A stretch of DNA of 64,000 nucleotides, from assembly GCA_964620675.1 (NCBI GenBank), contig CAZUJU010000015.1, positions 449 through 64,448 on the forward strand, given 5' to 3'. Below are positions 30,662 through 40,349 of this stretch, one piece after another. Below the pieces are notes generated by a model that saw only the letters and a list, made by a program, of their open reading frames with translations, had not been told where the DNA came from and ran no database searches. The translations under genes and the position numbers were made by a program. Source of the stretch: an uncultured Thiotrichales bacterium. GTDB lineage: Bacteria; Pseudomonadota; Gammaproteobacteria; UWMA-0217. Numbering within the stretch: the stretch's first letter is position 1; each line of letters begins with the position of its first letter.

Positions 30662-31676
30662 ACGACATCTCCTTGGAAGACGGTGACATGTAGCGGGGTT
30701 TCGGTTGGTGCAGTTCGTTCACGCGCACCGACAGCATGCCGTTGGCGGCGCCGATGGTGGCTTCGAACAGCGAAATATCCTCGGAATAGAACAACGCCCG
30801 TTGCGATTGCGTCAGCGGGATGAAATCGCCAGGTTGCAGGTGGAGCAACTCGCCGAGCGAGAGTTCAGCCTCGGCGATCACGCCCTTGACCTCAAGCGCC
30901 GAGTCGAGCACGGCCTCCATGAACTCCATCCGCCAAGTCTTGTCGCTGCGGTTTGGGCGGTCTAAGGCAGAGGTCAGCAACGAGCGGGCCGGCTCCAACG
31001 TCTGGTAAGGAATCACGATATCTAACTCGCCACCGCCGAGCGGAAACTCGATGCGAAACTTGCTCGCCATCACCACTTCGGCGGGATTCGCAGGGCTCGT
31101 GATCTGGCTGGTGATTTCATTGCGCACGAATTTCGGCGTGATTGGCATGATCTGACCCCAGGCGGCGATCAATGCGGTGAAGGCGCGCTCCAACGTGCGC
31201 TCGACCAGCCGTCGTTCGGAGGGGGTAAAGCTGCGCTTGGTCGCGAAATTGGCCTGCGCTTGCGCCGAACCGCCAAAGAAATTGTCCACCAGGCGGAAGA
31301 TCAGGGACGCATCCATACAGATCAGCGCGCTGCCCGGGAGCGGGTCGAGCTGGATCCGGTTGATGCTGACGATCTCCGGTAGCGAGTGGGTGTATTCCTG
31401 CATCCGATGCGCCGCGTGCGACACCGGCGTGACTTTGACGGTCTGGTGAATCATCAACGAGAGTTCTTCGGAAAACCGTTCCGCGAAACGATCGTTGATC
31501 ACCTCTAGCAGCGGCAAACGCCCCTTCATGCGGTGCTCGGGGTGGCGGAAGTCATAATAGACGACCTTGCCTTTGAGGGAAGCGGCCCCGCCTTCGGCCG
31601 CGACACTGCCGTCGGACACCTGCTTGAGCAAGGTATCCATCTCGTCCTGAGTAATGAGGTCCTCTTGTTGCGCCAT
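30654..31676 (-). CDS. fliM: Flagellar motor switch protein FliM
   Basis: LITQDEMDTLL CheY-binding N-terminus; YDF; LEVINDRFA. Confidence 0.93.
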   Translation of the reverse strand: MAQQEDLITQDEMDTLLKQVSDGSVAAEGGAASLKGKVVYYDFRHPEHRMKGRLPLLEVINDRFAERFSEELSLMIHQTVKVTPVSHAAHRMQEYTHSLPEIVSINRIQLDPLPGSALICMDASLIFRLVDNFFGGSAQAQANFATKRSFTPSERRLVERTLERAFTALIAAWGQIMPITPKFVRNEITSQITSPANPAEVVMASKFRIEFPLGGGELDIVIPYQTLEPARSLLTSALDRPNRSDKTWRMEFMEAVLDSALEVKGVIAEAELSLGELLHLQPGDFIPLTQSQRALFYSEDISLFEATIGAANGMLSVRVNELHQPKPRYMSPSSKEMSYE

Positions 31677-31805
31677 ATTCCTAGTGCACCATGAGCAGCT
31701 GACCCTTGCGGGTCGGTTCAACATCCCTGTGTAGACGGCGCGTTGTGATCAGCGTGCATCGGAAGATGCGCGCTGACGCGGAACCGCTTCGTCGATAAGG
31801 CTATA

Positions 31806-31821
31806 AGCAATGTGCGTGCCA
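31806..31821 (-). promoter_or_regulatory. sigma54 promoter for fliMNOPQR-flhB
   Basis: TGGCAC-GCACA-TTGCT on the minus strand, an exact -24/-12 consensus 130 nt upstream of fliM. Confidence 0.85.
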
Positions 31822-32012
31822 TAACAGATCAGGGCGGTTAGTCGCGTGCTTTCAAAGGCTTGCACGGGGTCGGTGCGGCGGGTGCCAAGAAGTCGGCGGT
31901 GAGTTTGGGTGCGATTGGTGCGGTGGGTGCCAGTTTTACGGCGCGATGGGTCGAATGAACCATCGCGCCTTGGCGGTTGCGCAGGTGCGCAGGTGCGTGG
32001 GTGCGTGGGTGG

Positions 32013-34751
32013 CTACGCCGCCTGTTGCGTCAGCCGCCGGCGCGGGGCTGCGTTCGTCGACTGCAAATCGCCACCGCGTGGGCTCCCGAGACTGAAATGG
32101 CCGATCAGTTCGTGCAGGCGGACCGCTTGGGTATCGAGCGACTGCGCTGCGGCCGCCGCCTGCTCGACCATCGCGGCATTTTGCTGCGTCAGCCCGTCGA
32201 GTTGGTCGAGGGTCTGATCGATCCTCAACATTCCCTCGGCCTGCTCGCTCGATGCGCGCGCGACACCCGCCATCAGCTCGGCGATCTCGCGAATCGCGCG
32301 CGTGGTCTGATGCATCGAGGCGTGGGTCGAGGTGACGAGCTCATGTCCGTTTGCGATCTCGGTGACTGATGCTTGGACCAACGCATCGATCTCCTTGGCC
32401 GCCTCCCGCGAACGCCCGGCGAGGTTGCGGACCTCGGTCGCAACCACCGCGAAGCCCTTGCCGTGTTCCCCGGCCCGCGCCGCCTCGACCGCGGCGTTGA
32501 TGGCCAGGATATTGGTCTGGAACGCGATGCCTTCGATCACCTCGACGATGCGGGAGATCTGTTCGGAGCGTTGACCGACGGCCGACATGTTGTCGACCAG
32601 TCGGGCAACCACCTCGGCCGCGGACTCGGTCGATTCCCGCGCTTGCAGCGTGATACGGCAGGCCTGTTGCGCGTGCTCGGCGTTGCGTTGCACGGTTTCG
32701 GTCAAGGCTCGCGTGCGGGTGGCGGTCTGTTCGATCGAGCGCGATTGCGCTTCGGTGCGAGTGGCGAGGTCGCCGTTGCCGACCGCGATCTCGCGCGCGG
32801 CGGTCAGGATCGATTCGCTCACCGCCGAGATCGTGGTCACCAGCTCGCCGAGTTCGCGCAGCGTGGTATTCGCGTGCGTCATCAGCTCGCCCAGGGTGCC
32901 GTCGAACTGACCCTCGATACGATGGCCGAGATCGCCACGCGCCAGCGCCTTCAGGGTCGCTTCCAGGGTTCCCAGACCGCTCTGGGTGGTTTCGAGCAAT
33001 TGGTTGAGACCGGTGCCGAGCGTGGCGAAAAAGGCGTGATTTTCGATCGTGCCAAGCCGCTGTGCGAAATCGCCACGCGCGGCGGCAGTCACGATTCGGG
33101 TGATATCCTGTTCCAGTCGCAGCTCGTCGGTGCGCTCAGACCATTCCAGTGCGGCGCCAATCGGCTTGCTGTCGTCTTGCGTGATTGGGGTGGTGACCAC
33201 ATCCAGCGTGCGCGACCCCAAGGTGAGGGTGACCTTGCTGGGCGCGCGGGTAGCCGAATTCAAGGACTGGCCGGCATACCAGCGGTGGATCGACGTGCCC
33301 AACAAGCCCTCGGCGTTGAAGTCCGCTGCTTGCTGCCGGAGTTGCGGTGAGAGCGATTGCATCAGGCGTCGCAAGGCCCGATTCATGAACCTGATCGTCC
33401 CGGCTTCATCGATCATCATGACGTTCGCCGAGACGTTGTCGAGCGCCGTGACGACTTTCTGACTCTCCGCGGTCTGCCGGCGCGCCTCCGCAAGGTCGAA
33501 GCCGTGTTGGGTGTACAAGATCTTGAATGCATCAACCAATTCGCCGATTTCGTCGTTGCGTTGCTTGGCCACCGCGATACCAAAGTTGCCGCGGTGAATT
33601 TCACCCATGTGTTGGCGCACGGCGCGCAGCGGCCGCAGGACTTCCTTAAAGAACCGCCGCGTCGAAACCGCGATCAGGACCAACAGGCCGGAGAGCCCGA
33701 GTGCGATGGTGTTGCGCACCCAGGCGACGCGCGCGTTGGCTTCCCCGTAGGCTTGCGCGATCTGATGCATTTGCCGATCGACCTGCTCGCTCAGTAACGC
33801 CGCCGTTTGATCGATCAGGGCGACGACGCTGCGCGGGTCGTGCCCGTGCGCCGGCGTGGGTGCGTCCGACGCTCCGGCCGGATCGCGCACCGCCTCAGCG
33901 TAGACCCGGTCAAGTTCAGTCAGCATCTGCTCGGTTTCCTGAAAATTGGCGACGCTACCGTGGCTCGCGACAATGCCGCGATACGCGCTCCACTGGGCAT
34001 TGCCCATGGTTCGGATCGCCTCCAGTTCCTGCGTAGCTGTCGCGGGGGTAAGTAGGCCTTGATTCAGTTGGTAAAGCACCAGCGGCGCTTGGGCCAGATA
34101 CTGGTCGGTGGTGGTTTTAAGTAGCTTGATCGGGATGATGTTGGCGGTGAACACCGCCTCCAGGTCTGTGCGCGCTTGCTGGATTCCCACCAAACCGGCG
34201 CCACCGACGGCGGACAGCAGCAAGCCCATACTCAACGCAGCGATTGCGGCACGGGTGCGTAACGACTGTGGCAAGCGGCGTCGCAGCGCGAGCCACGGAC
34301 TGTTGCGCAAGGCGCGGCCTTCGACGATCACCCAGCGTCGTTCACCTTGGTTCAGGGAGCGATACACTTGCTCGGCCGCACGTACGTCGGCTGCGCGCGG
34401 TTTGGTCCGGACCGAGATGAAGCCGACGATCCGACCATCCTCATGGATCGGGCTGATGTTTGCCAAGACCCAGTAGTAATCGCCGTTCTTGCACAGATTC
34501 TTGACGATGCCGGTCCATGGCCGTCCGGCGCGGACGGTATCCCAAAGATCCTGAAAGGCGGCCTTGGGCATATCGGGGTGACGCACCAAGTTGTGCGGCC
34601 GTCCAATGAGTTCGGCTTCCGAGAATCCGCTGATCGCGACGAATTCGCGATTGACGTAGGTGATCTTGCCGCGGCTATCCGTGCGCGAAACGATAAATTC
34701 GCCTTCGTTGAGCAGGCGTTCCTTGCCGGTGGCAGTATGGGGGGGTGCCAT
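32013..34751 (-). CDS. Methyl-accepting chemotaxis protein: Aer-type PAS, TM, 4HB, TM, HAMP, Aer2-type PAS, HAMPs, MA domain
   Basis: [16 protein letters not shown] motif; two TM helices; NDEIGEL HAMP; [13 protein letters not shown]; [30 protein letters not shown]. Confidence 0.9.
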   Translation of the reverse strand: MAPPHTATGKERLLNEGEFIVSRTDSRGKITYVNREFVAISGFSEAELIGRPHNLVRHPDMPKAAFQDLWDTVRAGRPWTGIVKNLCKNGDYYWVLANISPIHEDGRIVGFISVRTKPRAADVRAAEQVYRSLNQGERRWVIVEGRALRNSPWLALRRRLPQSLRTRAAIAALSMGLLLSAVGGAGLVGIQQARTDLEAVFTANIIPIKLLKTTTDQYLAQAPLVLYQLNQGLLTPATATQELEAIRTMGNAQWSAYRGIVASHGSVANFQETEQMLTELDRVYAEAVRDPAGASDAPTPAHGHDPRSVVALIDQTAALLSEQVDRQMHQIAQAYGEANARVAWVRNTIALGLSGLLVLIAVSTRRFFKEVLRPLRAVRQHMGEIHRGNFGIAVAKQRNDEIGELVDAFKILYTQHGFDLAEARRQTAESQKVVTALDNVSANVMMIDEAGTIRFMNRALRRLMQSLSPQLRQQAADFNAEGLLGTSIHRWYAGQSLNSATRAPSKVTLTLGSRTLDVVTTPITQDDSKPIGAALEWSERTDELRLEQDITRIVTAAARGDFAQRLGTIENHAFFATLGTGLNQLLETTQSGLGTLEATLKALARGDLGHRIEGQFDGTLGELMTHANTTLRELGELVTTISAVSESILTAAREIAVGNGDLATRTEAQSRSIEQTATRTRALTETVQRNAEHAQQACRITLQARESTESAAEVVARLVDNMSAVGQRSEQISRIVEVIEGIAFQTNILAINAAVEAARAGEHGKGFAVVATEVRNLAGRSREAAKEIDALVQASVTEIANGHELVTSTHASMHQTTRAIREIAELMAGVARASSEQAEGMLRIDQTLDQLDGLTQQNAAMVEQAAAAAQSLDTQAVRLHELIGHFSLGSPRGGDLQSTNAAPRRRLTQQAA

Positions 34752-35014
34752 CAGTCGTGTCCTCTGTTGTGTGTGGTATGGATTTACTTCCAGATCGCGA
34801 AGCCGGCGCGAGCGATCCAGGGTCCTCGTCCTGGTGGCCGCGTCGGGTCGCCGGGTCGGTGGGGGCCGACCGCGTATGGTTGCATCCGTTGGGTCCCGAC
34901 GCGGCAAGTCGTCACGCGTTGGGGCGCGAGCGATCCACGGCAGCGACGCGGGACACGGATTCAAGTGATCGGGCGTGTGCTTAAGAAGCCTCCTGGTGTG
35001 ATTGGGTGATCCGT

Positions 35015-36472
35015 TCAGGCGAACAGGTCGATCCGCTCGCGCCCGCCGTGACGCCATGCCGCAGGCGTACCCAGTCGTTGGGCATCGTCATTTCCAGCCG
35101 TCTCGGCGGCGCCCGGCGTGCGCCACGGCGACTCGCGCTCGGCCGCGTGTTGACGCTGCGGATTCTGTTGCCCGGAAACGTCGACATCGACGCTGCCGAA
35201 GCCATTTTCGGCCAAAGTCTCACGCAGGCGTGGCAGGTGCTGTTCGAGGGTTTCGCGGGTTTGCGCGTGGTGTGCCAGAAACTGGATTTGCAGTTGATCC
35301 GTGCCGGTCATTGAGAGTTTGATCTGGATCGGACCGAGTTCCACCGGGTCGAGTTGAATCGTCGCGTGCTGCAGGCTGCGCTGCACCATCCAGTTGACTT
35401 GGGCCCCGAGTTGCGCGGGCGCGTCGGCGCGCTGTAACGCGAGGGTTGGCAGCGGCGCGGCGTGGGTCGATGTCGTTGCGCGTGGATTTGAAACGCTCGT
35501 GGCCGAGTCGGTGGGCGCCGCGTTGTCGGTCAGTACCGTCGTTGCGGTGGTCGTCGTAGCCCGTGTGGTGGTTGTTGCCTTGAGGCCGGGGAGTTTGCTC
35601 GCGTGGGCGATCTGAGCCTGCGCTGCAACGCTGCGTTTGCCAAAGGTTGGGCGCAGGGCTTCGGTCGGATTCTGCGCCGGCGCGACCGGCAGTGGTGTTG
35701 CAGGTATGCCGGCGTGGTCCGACGCGGCGGCTGAGGCCACGGGTGATGCGCTTGGCGTTAGGCCCACCGACGCCGGAATTGGATGGGCGAGGGGAGCCGC
35801 AGGGACCGATTTGGCCGGTTCGCTTGCGCTCGTCGGCGCGGCCGTTGCCGTTGCCGTCGCGGTCAGCGGCGAGGGGGTGCTCGTCAGCGGTCGGGCGCCG
35901 GTAGGCTGGTCGGTCTTGGCCGGGTCCGCGGCGGCGACTGTCGGTGTGGTGTTGCTCAGGCGTGAACGCGGCGCCGCAAGGGTGTCTGGCGACACGGCTG
36001 TGGCGGTCGGTAATTTGAGGCCCTGAGTAGTACCCAGCCAGTCGCGGTCGGCGGGATCTTGCGCGGTTGGTTGCGCGGGCGCGGCCGGGGATGGCGGCGC
36101 GCCCGGCGTCAGCGGGTTTGGCGCCGGCTGCGCCGAAGGTGCGCGGGTGGCCTGGTTTGCGTCGCCGAGTCCGCCCTCGGGGAGTTTGCCGCCAGTGACG
36201 CCCGCGGCAGTCGCCTGCAACAAATCGCTTGTGAACGGAGTTGAGTTGCCGTGGGTGTTGCCGGTGAACGGCGGGTTCGCTGTTTCCGCCGCGTCGGAAC
36301 CCTCGGCCGGCGGCGCGGTGGCGATACCTTGCGCCGGCGCCAGCAAGCCAGTCAGTAACGCGACGAACGGATCGCCGGGCGCGTTTTCCGGATCGGCGGC
36401 GTGGGGGGCAGTCGGCTTACCGATTGTCCCCGGTTTCGTGGCGACCGGCGCGATCGAGTTTGCTACATCCAT
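35015..36472 (-). CDS. fliK: Flagellar hook-length control protein FliK
   Basis: Ala/Pro/Thr-rich N-region; C-terminal [13 protein letters not shown]...LPRLRE. Confidence 0.9.
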   Translation of the reverse strand: MDVANSIAPVATKPGTIGKPTAPHAADPENAPGDPFVALLTGLLAPAQGIATAPPAEGSDAAETANPPFTGNTHGNSTPFTSDLLQATAAGVTGGKLPEGGLGDANQATRAPSAQPAPNPLTPGAPPSPAAPAQPTAQDPADRDWLGTTQGLKLPTATAVSPDTLAAPRSRLSNTTPTVAAADPAKTDQPTGARPLTSTPSPLTATATATAAPTSASEPAKSVPAAPLAHPIPASVGLTPSASPVASAAASDHAGIPATPLPVAPAQNPTEALRPTFGKRSVAAQAQIAHASKLPGLKATTTTRATTTTATTVLTDNAAPTDSATSVSNPRATTSTHAAPLPTLALQRADAPAQLGAQVNWMVQRSLQHATIQLDPVELGPIQIKLSMTGTDQLQIQFLAHHAQTRETLEQHLPRLRETLAENGFGSVDVDVSGQQNPQRQHAAERESPWRTPGAAETAGNDDAQRLGTPAAWRHGGRERIDLFA

Positions 36473-36508
36473 GTAAGACCCTCGTTGAGTGTGCTTTGCA
36501 CGAGTATT

Positions 36509-36524
36509 AGCAATTCATGGGCCA
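36509..36524 (-). promoter_or_regulatory. sigma54 promoter for fliK
   Basis: TGGCCC-ATGAA-TTGCT on the minus strand, 36 nt upstream of the fliK ATG. Confidence 0.75.
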
Positions 36525-36709
36525 ATCGGATCGCGCGGTGCCCGATGCGCCACGGCTAAGTCGCCGGGTAACCCGGCTCGTCTTGCACCGTCGCCGCGCG
36601 ACGCGAGCCTTGCGGACGCCGGCATCATTTGCCGGCAGCATGCGTCGGAACGCAGGGCGCGCAGACGCGAGCGTCAGCGCCGATGCTCGCGTTGCGCACA
36701 TTTGCGCCG

Positions 36710-37156
36710 TCATTCGTGCCCGCTGCTGTTTCGCGTGGCTCCGGCGAGGTCGTCTTGTTCGCGTTGTTCGCGGCGCTCGCGGGCTTGTTGGTAGGTGTGC
36801 AGGTAGTTCTGAATGACCTTTTCGAGGGCGTCGGTTCGGGTTTTGGTCTGTTGCCAGCGTTCGATCTGTTGTTGCACGCGGCGCTCGGTTTGCCGCACTT
36901 TCTCGCGTTGTTGTCCGATGGCGTCGTTGAGCTTGACGAGAAACGCCTGCTTGTTCTCCAGCAACGGCGAATACAGGCGGGTGCCATCGCGGCTTTGGCT
37001 TTGGTCGTAATCGTTCAGGTAGCCGAGCAGTTGATCCAGTTGACGTTGCGCCGCCTGCTGCTGCTGCATCAGGCGCGCGAGCTCGCGTGCGGCCAAATCC
37101 TGCTGGGCTTGGGTGATATCGAGAATCGGGCGCAGCCGTTGATGGCGGTGCATCAT
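36710..37156 (-). CDS. fliJ: Flagellar export chaperone FliJ
   Basis: Coiled coil; QLLGYLNDY, FLVKLNDAIGQQ and EQREQDDLA; follows fliI. Confidence 0.9.
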   Translation of the reverse strand: MMHRHQRLRPILDITQAQQDLAARELARLMQQQQAAQRQLDQLLGYLNDYDQSQSRDGTRLYSPLLENKQAFLVKLNDAIGQQREKVRQTERRVQQQIERWQQTKTRTDALEKVIQNYLHTYQQARERREQREQDDLAGATRNSSGHE

Positions 37157-37209
37157 CGTCAGTTATCCACGACGGCGCGCGCGACTGCAAGCAAGCGCGT
37201 CAGCATGCC

Positions 37210-38607
37210 TCAGGTCCGCATGATCTCATGCAGCTGGCGTTCACTTTGATCGAACGCGACGCCGTCATGAAAGTCCTGCTGTAGAAAGCGCACCAGCTGG
37301 GGATAGTTAGCGATGGCTTGATCGAGTTCCGGGTTGGTCCCCGGATGGTAGATGCCCATGTTCACCAGATCCTGATTCTTGAGGTATTGGCTGTACATTG
37401 CGCGGACGCGTTGCGCGGCGTTGCGGTGCGGCGGATTGACGATCTGGTTCATCAGCCGGCTGACCGAGGCTTCGATGTCGATCGCGGGGTAGTGGCCACT
37501 TTCGGCGAGCTGGCGGGTCAGCACGATGTGCCCGTCGAGCACCGCCCGCGCGGCGTCGGCGATGGGATCGTTCTGATCGTCCCCTTCGGCCAGCACGGTG
37601 TAGAACGCGGTGATCGAGCCGGTGTGACTGGCGGCGTTGCCGGCGCGTTCCACCAATGCCGGCAGCTTGGCGAACACCGACGGTGGATAGCCTTTGGTCG
37701 CCGGCGGTTCTCCGATCGAGAGCGCGATTTCACGTTGGGCCTGAGCAAAGCGCGTGAGCGAGTCGATCAGCAGCAACACGTTCTTGCCTTGGTCGCGGAA
37801 ATATTCGGCGATGCTGGTGGCGACCATCGCGCCGTGCAGCCGCTTGAGCGGTGGGTTGTCTGCCGGCACCGCCACGACGACGGATCGGGCGAGTCCGTCG
37901 GCGCCGAGGATATCGCGCACGAATTCATTGACTTCGCGGCCGCGTTCGCCGATCAGTCCAACCACGACGATGTCGGCCTGGGTATAGCGCGTCATCATCC
38001 CAAGCAGGACGCTCTTGCCGACCCCGGAGCCGGCAAACAGGCCGATCCGCTGGCCGCGCCCGACCGTGAGCATGGCGTTGATCGCACGCACGCCGACATC
38101 GAGCGGCTCGGTGATCGGGGTGCGGTGCAACGGGTTGAACGGCGGCGGAACCAGCGGTTGAAACTGGCTGGCACGCAACGGGCCGCGTTCATCCAGCGGT
38201 TTGCCGGTGGCATCCACCACCCGCCCGAGCAGGCGTTCGCCGACCGGCACTTCGAGTACCCGCCCGGTTGGGATCACCCGCGAACCGGGGAGAATGCCCT
38301 GGATGTCGCCGGTCGGCATCAGGAAGGTGCGGTCCTGAGAAAAGCCTACGACTTCGCTCTCGATCGGGCTGCTGTTGGGCGAGATGATCAGACAGCGTTC
38401 CCCCACCGCGGCCTGGCATCCAATCGCCTCCAGCGTCAGGCCGGCCATGCGGGTCAGGCGACCCTCGACGACTGGCTTCGGCAGGCGCAGATTCCGCCGG
38501 ACCTCGGCGAGATAGCCCGCCCAGCGTTCGCCGTGGGGGTGGATGAAGGTGTTGGGCGAATCCGGCGGGTCCGATCCGAGTGAATCGGCGTCGTGCTCAG
38601 TCGACAT
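37210..38607 (-). CDS. fliI: Flagellar export ATPase FliI
   Basis: AGSGVGKS, GLIGERGREV, DSLTRFAQAQREI and GEPPATKGYPPS motifs. Confidence 0.96.
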   Translation of the reverse strand: MSTEHDADSLGSDPPDSPNTFIHPHGERWAGYLAEVRRNLRLPKPVVEGRLTRMAGLTLEAIGCQAAVGERCLIISPNSSPIESEVVGFSQDRTFLMPTGDIQGILPGSRVIPTGRVLEVPVGERLLGRVVDATGKPLDERGPLRASQFQPLVPPPFNPLHRTPITEPLDVGVRAINAMLTVGRGQRIGLFAGSGVGKSVLLGMMTRYTQADIVVVGLIGERGREVNEFVRDILGADGLARSVVVAVPADNPPLKRLHGAMVATSIAEYFRDQGKNVLLLIDSLTRFAQAQREIALSIGEPPATKGYPPSVFAKLPALVERAGNAASHTGSITAFYTVLAEGDDQNDPIADAARAVLDGHIVLTRQLAESGHYPAIDIEASVSRLMNQIVNPPHRNAAQRVRAMYSQYLKNQDLVNMGIYHPGTNPELDQAIANYPQLVRFLQQDFHDGVAFDQSERQLHEIMRT

Positions 38608-39298
38608 GATGGCGGTCGCCGCTGACGCTGGCGCGTTCGGAGCCGTCGCTGGTGCGATGGCCGCCGAGCAGTTCCGCCGCGAGTCGGGCAATGAGGCCAT
38701 CGATGCCGGCATCGACGTAGGAGGTTTCGGTGGTGATTTTGCAGTCGCCGGTTGAGACGCCGGGATCGTCGACGATCTTCCAGCGCCGCTTGCCCGGGTG
38801 TTCGTGCAAGGTGTCACGAATGACGCTGGCGTCGTCCGGGTGCAGATGCACTGAGATGTCTTGCAGATTGGCCGGGAGTTGCTTCACCGCCTCGCGGATC
38901 AGACCGATGATGTGGCGCGGATCAGTGCGAATCTCACGCCGCAGGATTTGTTTGGAGACCGCCAGCGCGAGTTCGAGCATCTCTTCCTCGACCCGGTGAT
39001 CGAGTGCTTCGACCGGTCGTTCCAGGAAGCCGAGTAACTCGCGCAAGCGGGCGGTGACCGCGGTGGTTTCGGCGCGCGCGGCCTGCATGCCTTCCTCGTA
39101 ACCTTCGTTAAACCCTTCGCGGTGAGCCTGTTCGCGTATCGATAGCGCCTCCAGTGAGGCATCGAGTGTTTCCTGATGTACCGGCAGCGGCAGTTCGGAA
39201 TGGCCACCGTCAGCGCCGCGCGTGGTCGCGCCGCCCACCCGTGGCAACGGCCAGCGGCGGGCATTCTGGGCGCGTTCGCCACGGATGACCTTAGACAT
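38597..39298 (-). CDS. fliH: Flagellar assembly protein FliH
   Basis: AxxEGF.EGYEEG repeats; VHLHPDD; synteny. Confidence 0.92.
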   Translation of the reverse strand: MSKVIRGERAQNARRWPLPRVGGATTRGADGGHSELPLPVHQETLDASLEALSIREQAHREGFNEGYEEGMQAARAETTAVTARLRELLGFLERPVEALDHRVEEEMLELALAVSKQILRREIRTDPRHIIGLIREAVKQLPANLQDISVHLHPDDASVIRDTLHEHPGKRRWKIVDDPGVSTGDCKITTETSYVDAGIDGLIARLAAELLGGHRTSDGSERASVSGDRHHVD

Positions 39299-40349
39299 AT
39301 TCCTCTTCCTCGTCGCCGAGCTGGATCTGGCCTTCTTCTGCCAGACGTTCCGCCACCGCCATGATTTCCTTCTGCGAGCGCTCGGCGTCCTTGAGCTTGA
39401 TCGGTCCCATCGCATCGAGGTCTTCGCGCAGGGTCTCGGCCTGGCGCCGCGACATATTGCGCAGGAACAGGTCGCGCAGGTCTTCCGATGCCGCCTTGAG
39501 CGAGAGCACCAGCTTGTCCTGTTGAATGTGGCGCAGTAGGATCTGCATCCCTTTGTCGTTGAGCGAGAGCAGGCTTTCGAAGGCGAACATGTTCTCCTGC
39601 AGCTTGTCGCTCATGTCCTGATCGACGCGGCGCAGCTCCTCGATGATCTTGGCCTCGGTCTTCGATGGTGTGGAGTTCAGGATCTCGGCTGCGATCTTGA
39701 TGCCGCCGACCCCGGTGTACTCGACATCCGGCTCCTCGGCGAACCGGCGCTGCAGGACGGCGTCGAGCTCGGTCAGCGCGTCCGGATGAATATTGTTCAG
39801 GGTCGCGACCCGCACTACGACCTCCGGTTGCACCGCCGCAGGCAGCAGGTCGAGTACCTGGCCGGCCTTGTGGAAGTCGAGGTGGGTCAGCACGATCGCG
39901 ATGATCTGCGGATGCTCGTGCTTGATCACGTTGGCGATCGCCCGCGGTGTCATCCATTTCAGTTCCGCGAGCCCGCGCGGCGATGAGCTGATCATCACCT
40001 GCGCCAGCACGTTGTTCGCCTTGTCGCGGCCCAGCGCGCTGACCAGGATTTTGCGCAGATATTCCTGCGAGCCGATGCTGATCGACGATTCATGGCCGAT
40101 GCGGTCGACAAAATGATCGAGTACGTGGCGGATGTCCTCGCGTGACACCTTTTGTAACGCGGTCATGGCAGAGCCTAGCGATTGCACCTCGCCGGGTTCC
40201 ATGTGGCGCAGGATGCGCGACGCTTCGTCCTCGCCGAGCGCCATCAGGAGGACGGCGGCGCGTTCCGGCCCGGTCAGATGGCTGACCGGTTTGGCGGGTG
40301 TGGCGGCCTCGGCGGCCTTGGCGGGTTCGTTCTTGGGGGTCTTAGCCAC
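39291..40349 (-). CDS. fliG: Flagellar motor switch protein FliG
   Basis: EHPQIIA, GGIKIAAEILN, MFAFE and NMSRR motifs. Confidence 0.96.
   Translation of the reverse strand: MAKTPKNEPAKAAEAATPAKPVSHLTGPERAAVLLMALGEDEASRILRHMEPGEVQSLGSAMTALQKVSREDIRHVLDHFVDRIGHESSISIGSQEYLRKILVSALGRDKANNVLAQVMISSSPRGLAELKWMTPRAIANVIKHEHPQIIAIVLTHLDFHKAGQVLDLLPAAVQPEVVVRVATLNNIHPDALTELDAVLQRRFAEEPDVEYTGVGGIKIAAEILNSTPSKTEAKIIEELRRVDQDMSDKLQENMFAFESLLSLNDKGMQILLRHIQQDKLVLSLKAASEDLRDLFLRNMSRRQAETLREDLDAMGPIKLKDAERSQKEIMAVAERLAEEGQIQLGDEEEEYV

Noticed and set aside
34752-35057. N-terminal extension of the 1014-aa chemoreceptor ORF (and similar extensions of rnfC, fliI, fleQ, fliP, nirH and the DUF2063 gene)
   Set aside because: The extensions are Arg/Pro-rich and non-protein-like or overlap neighbouring genes; downstream starts fit the family N-termini
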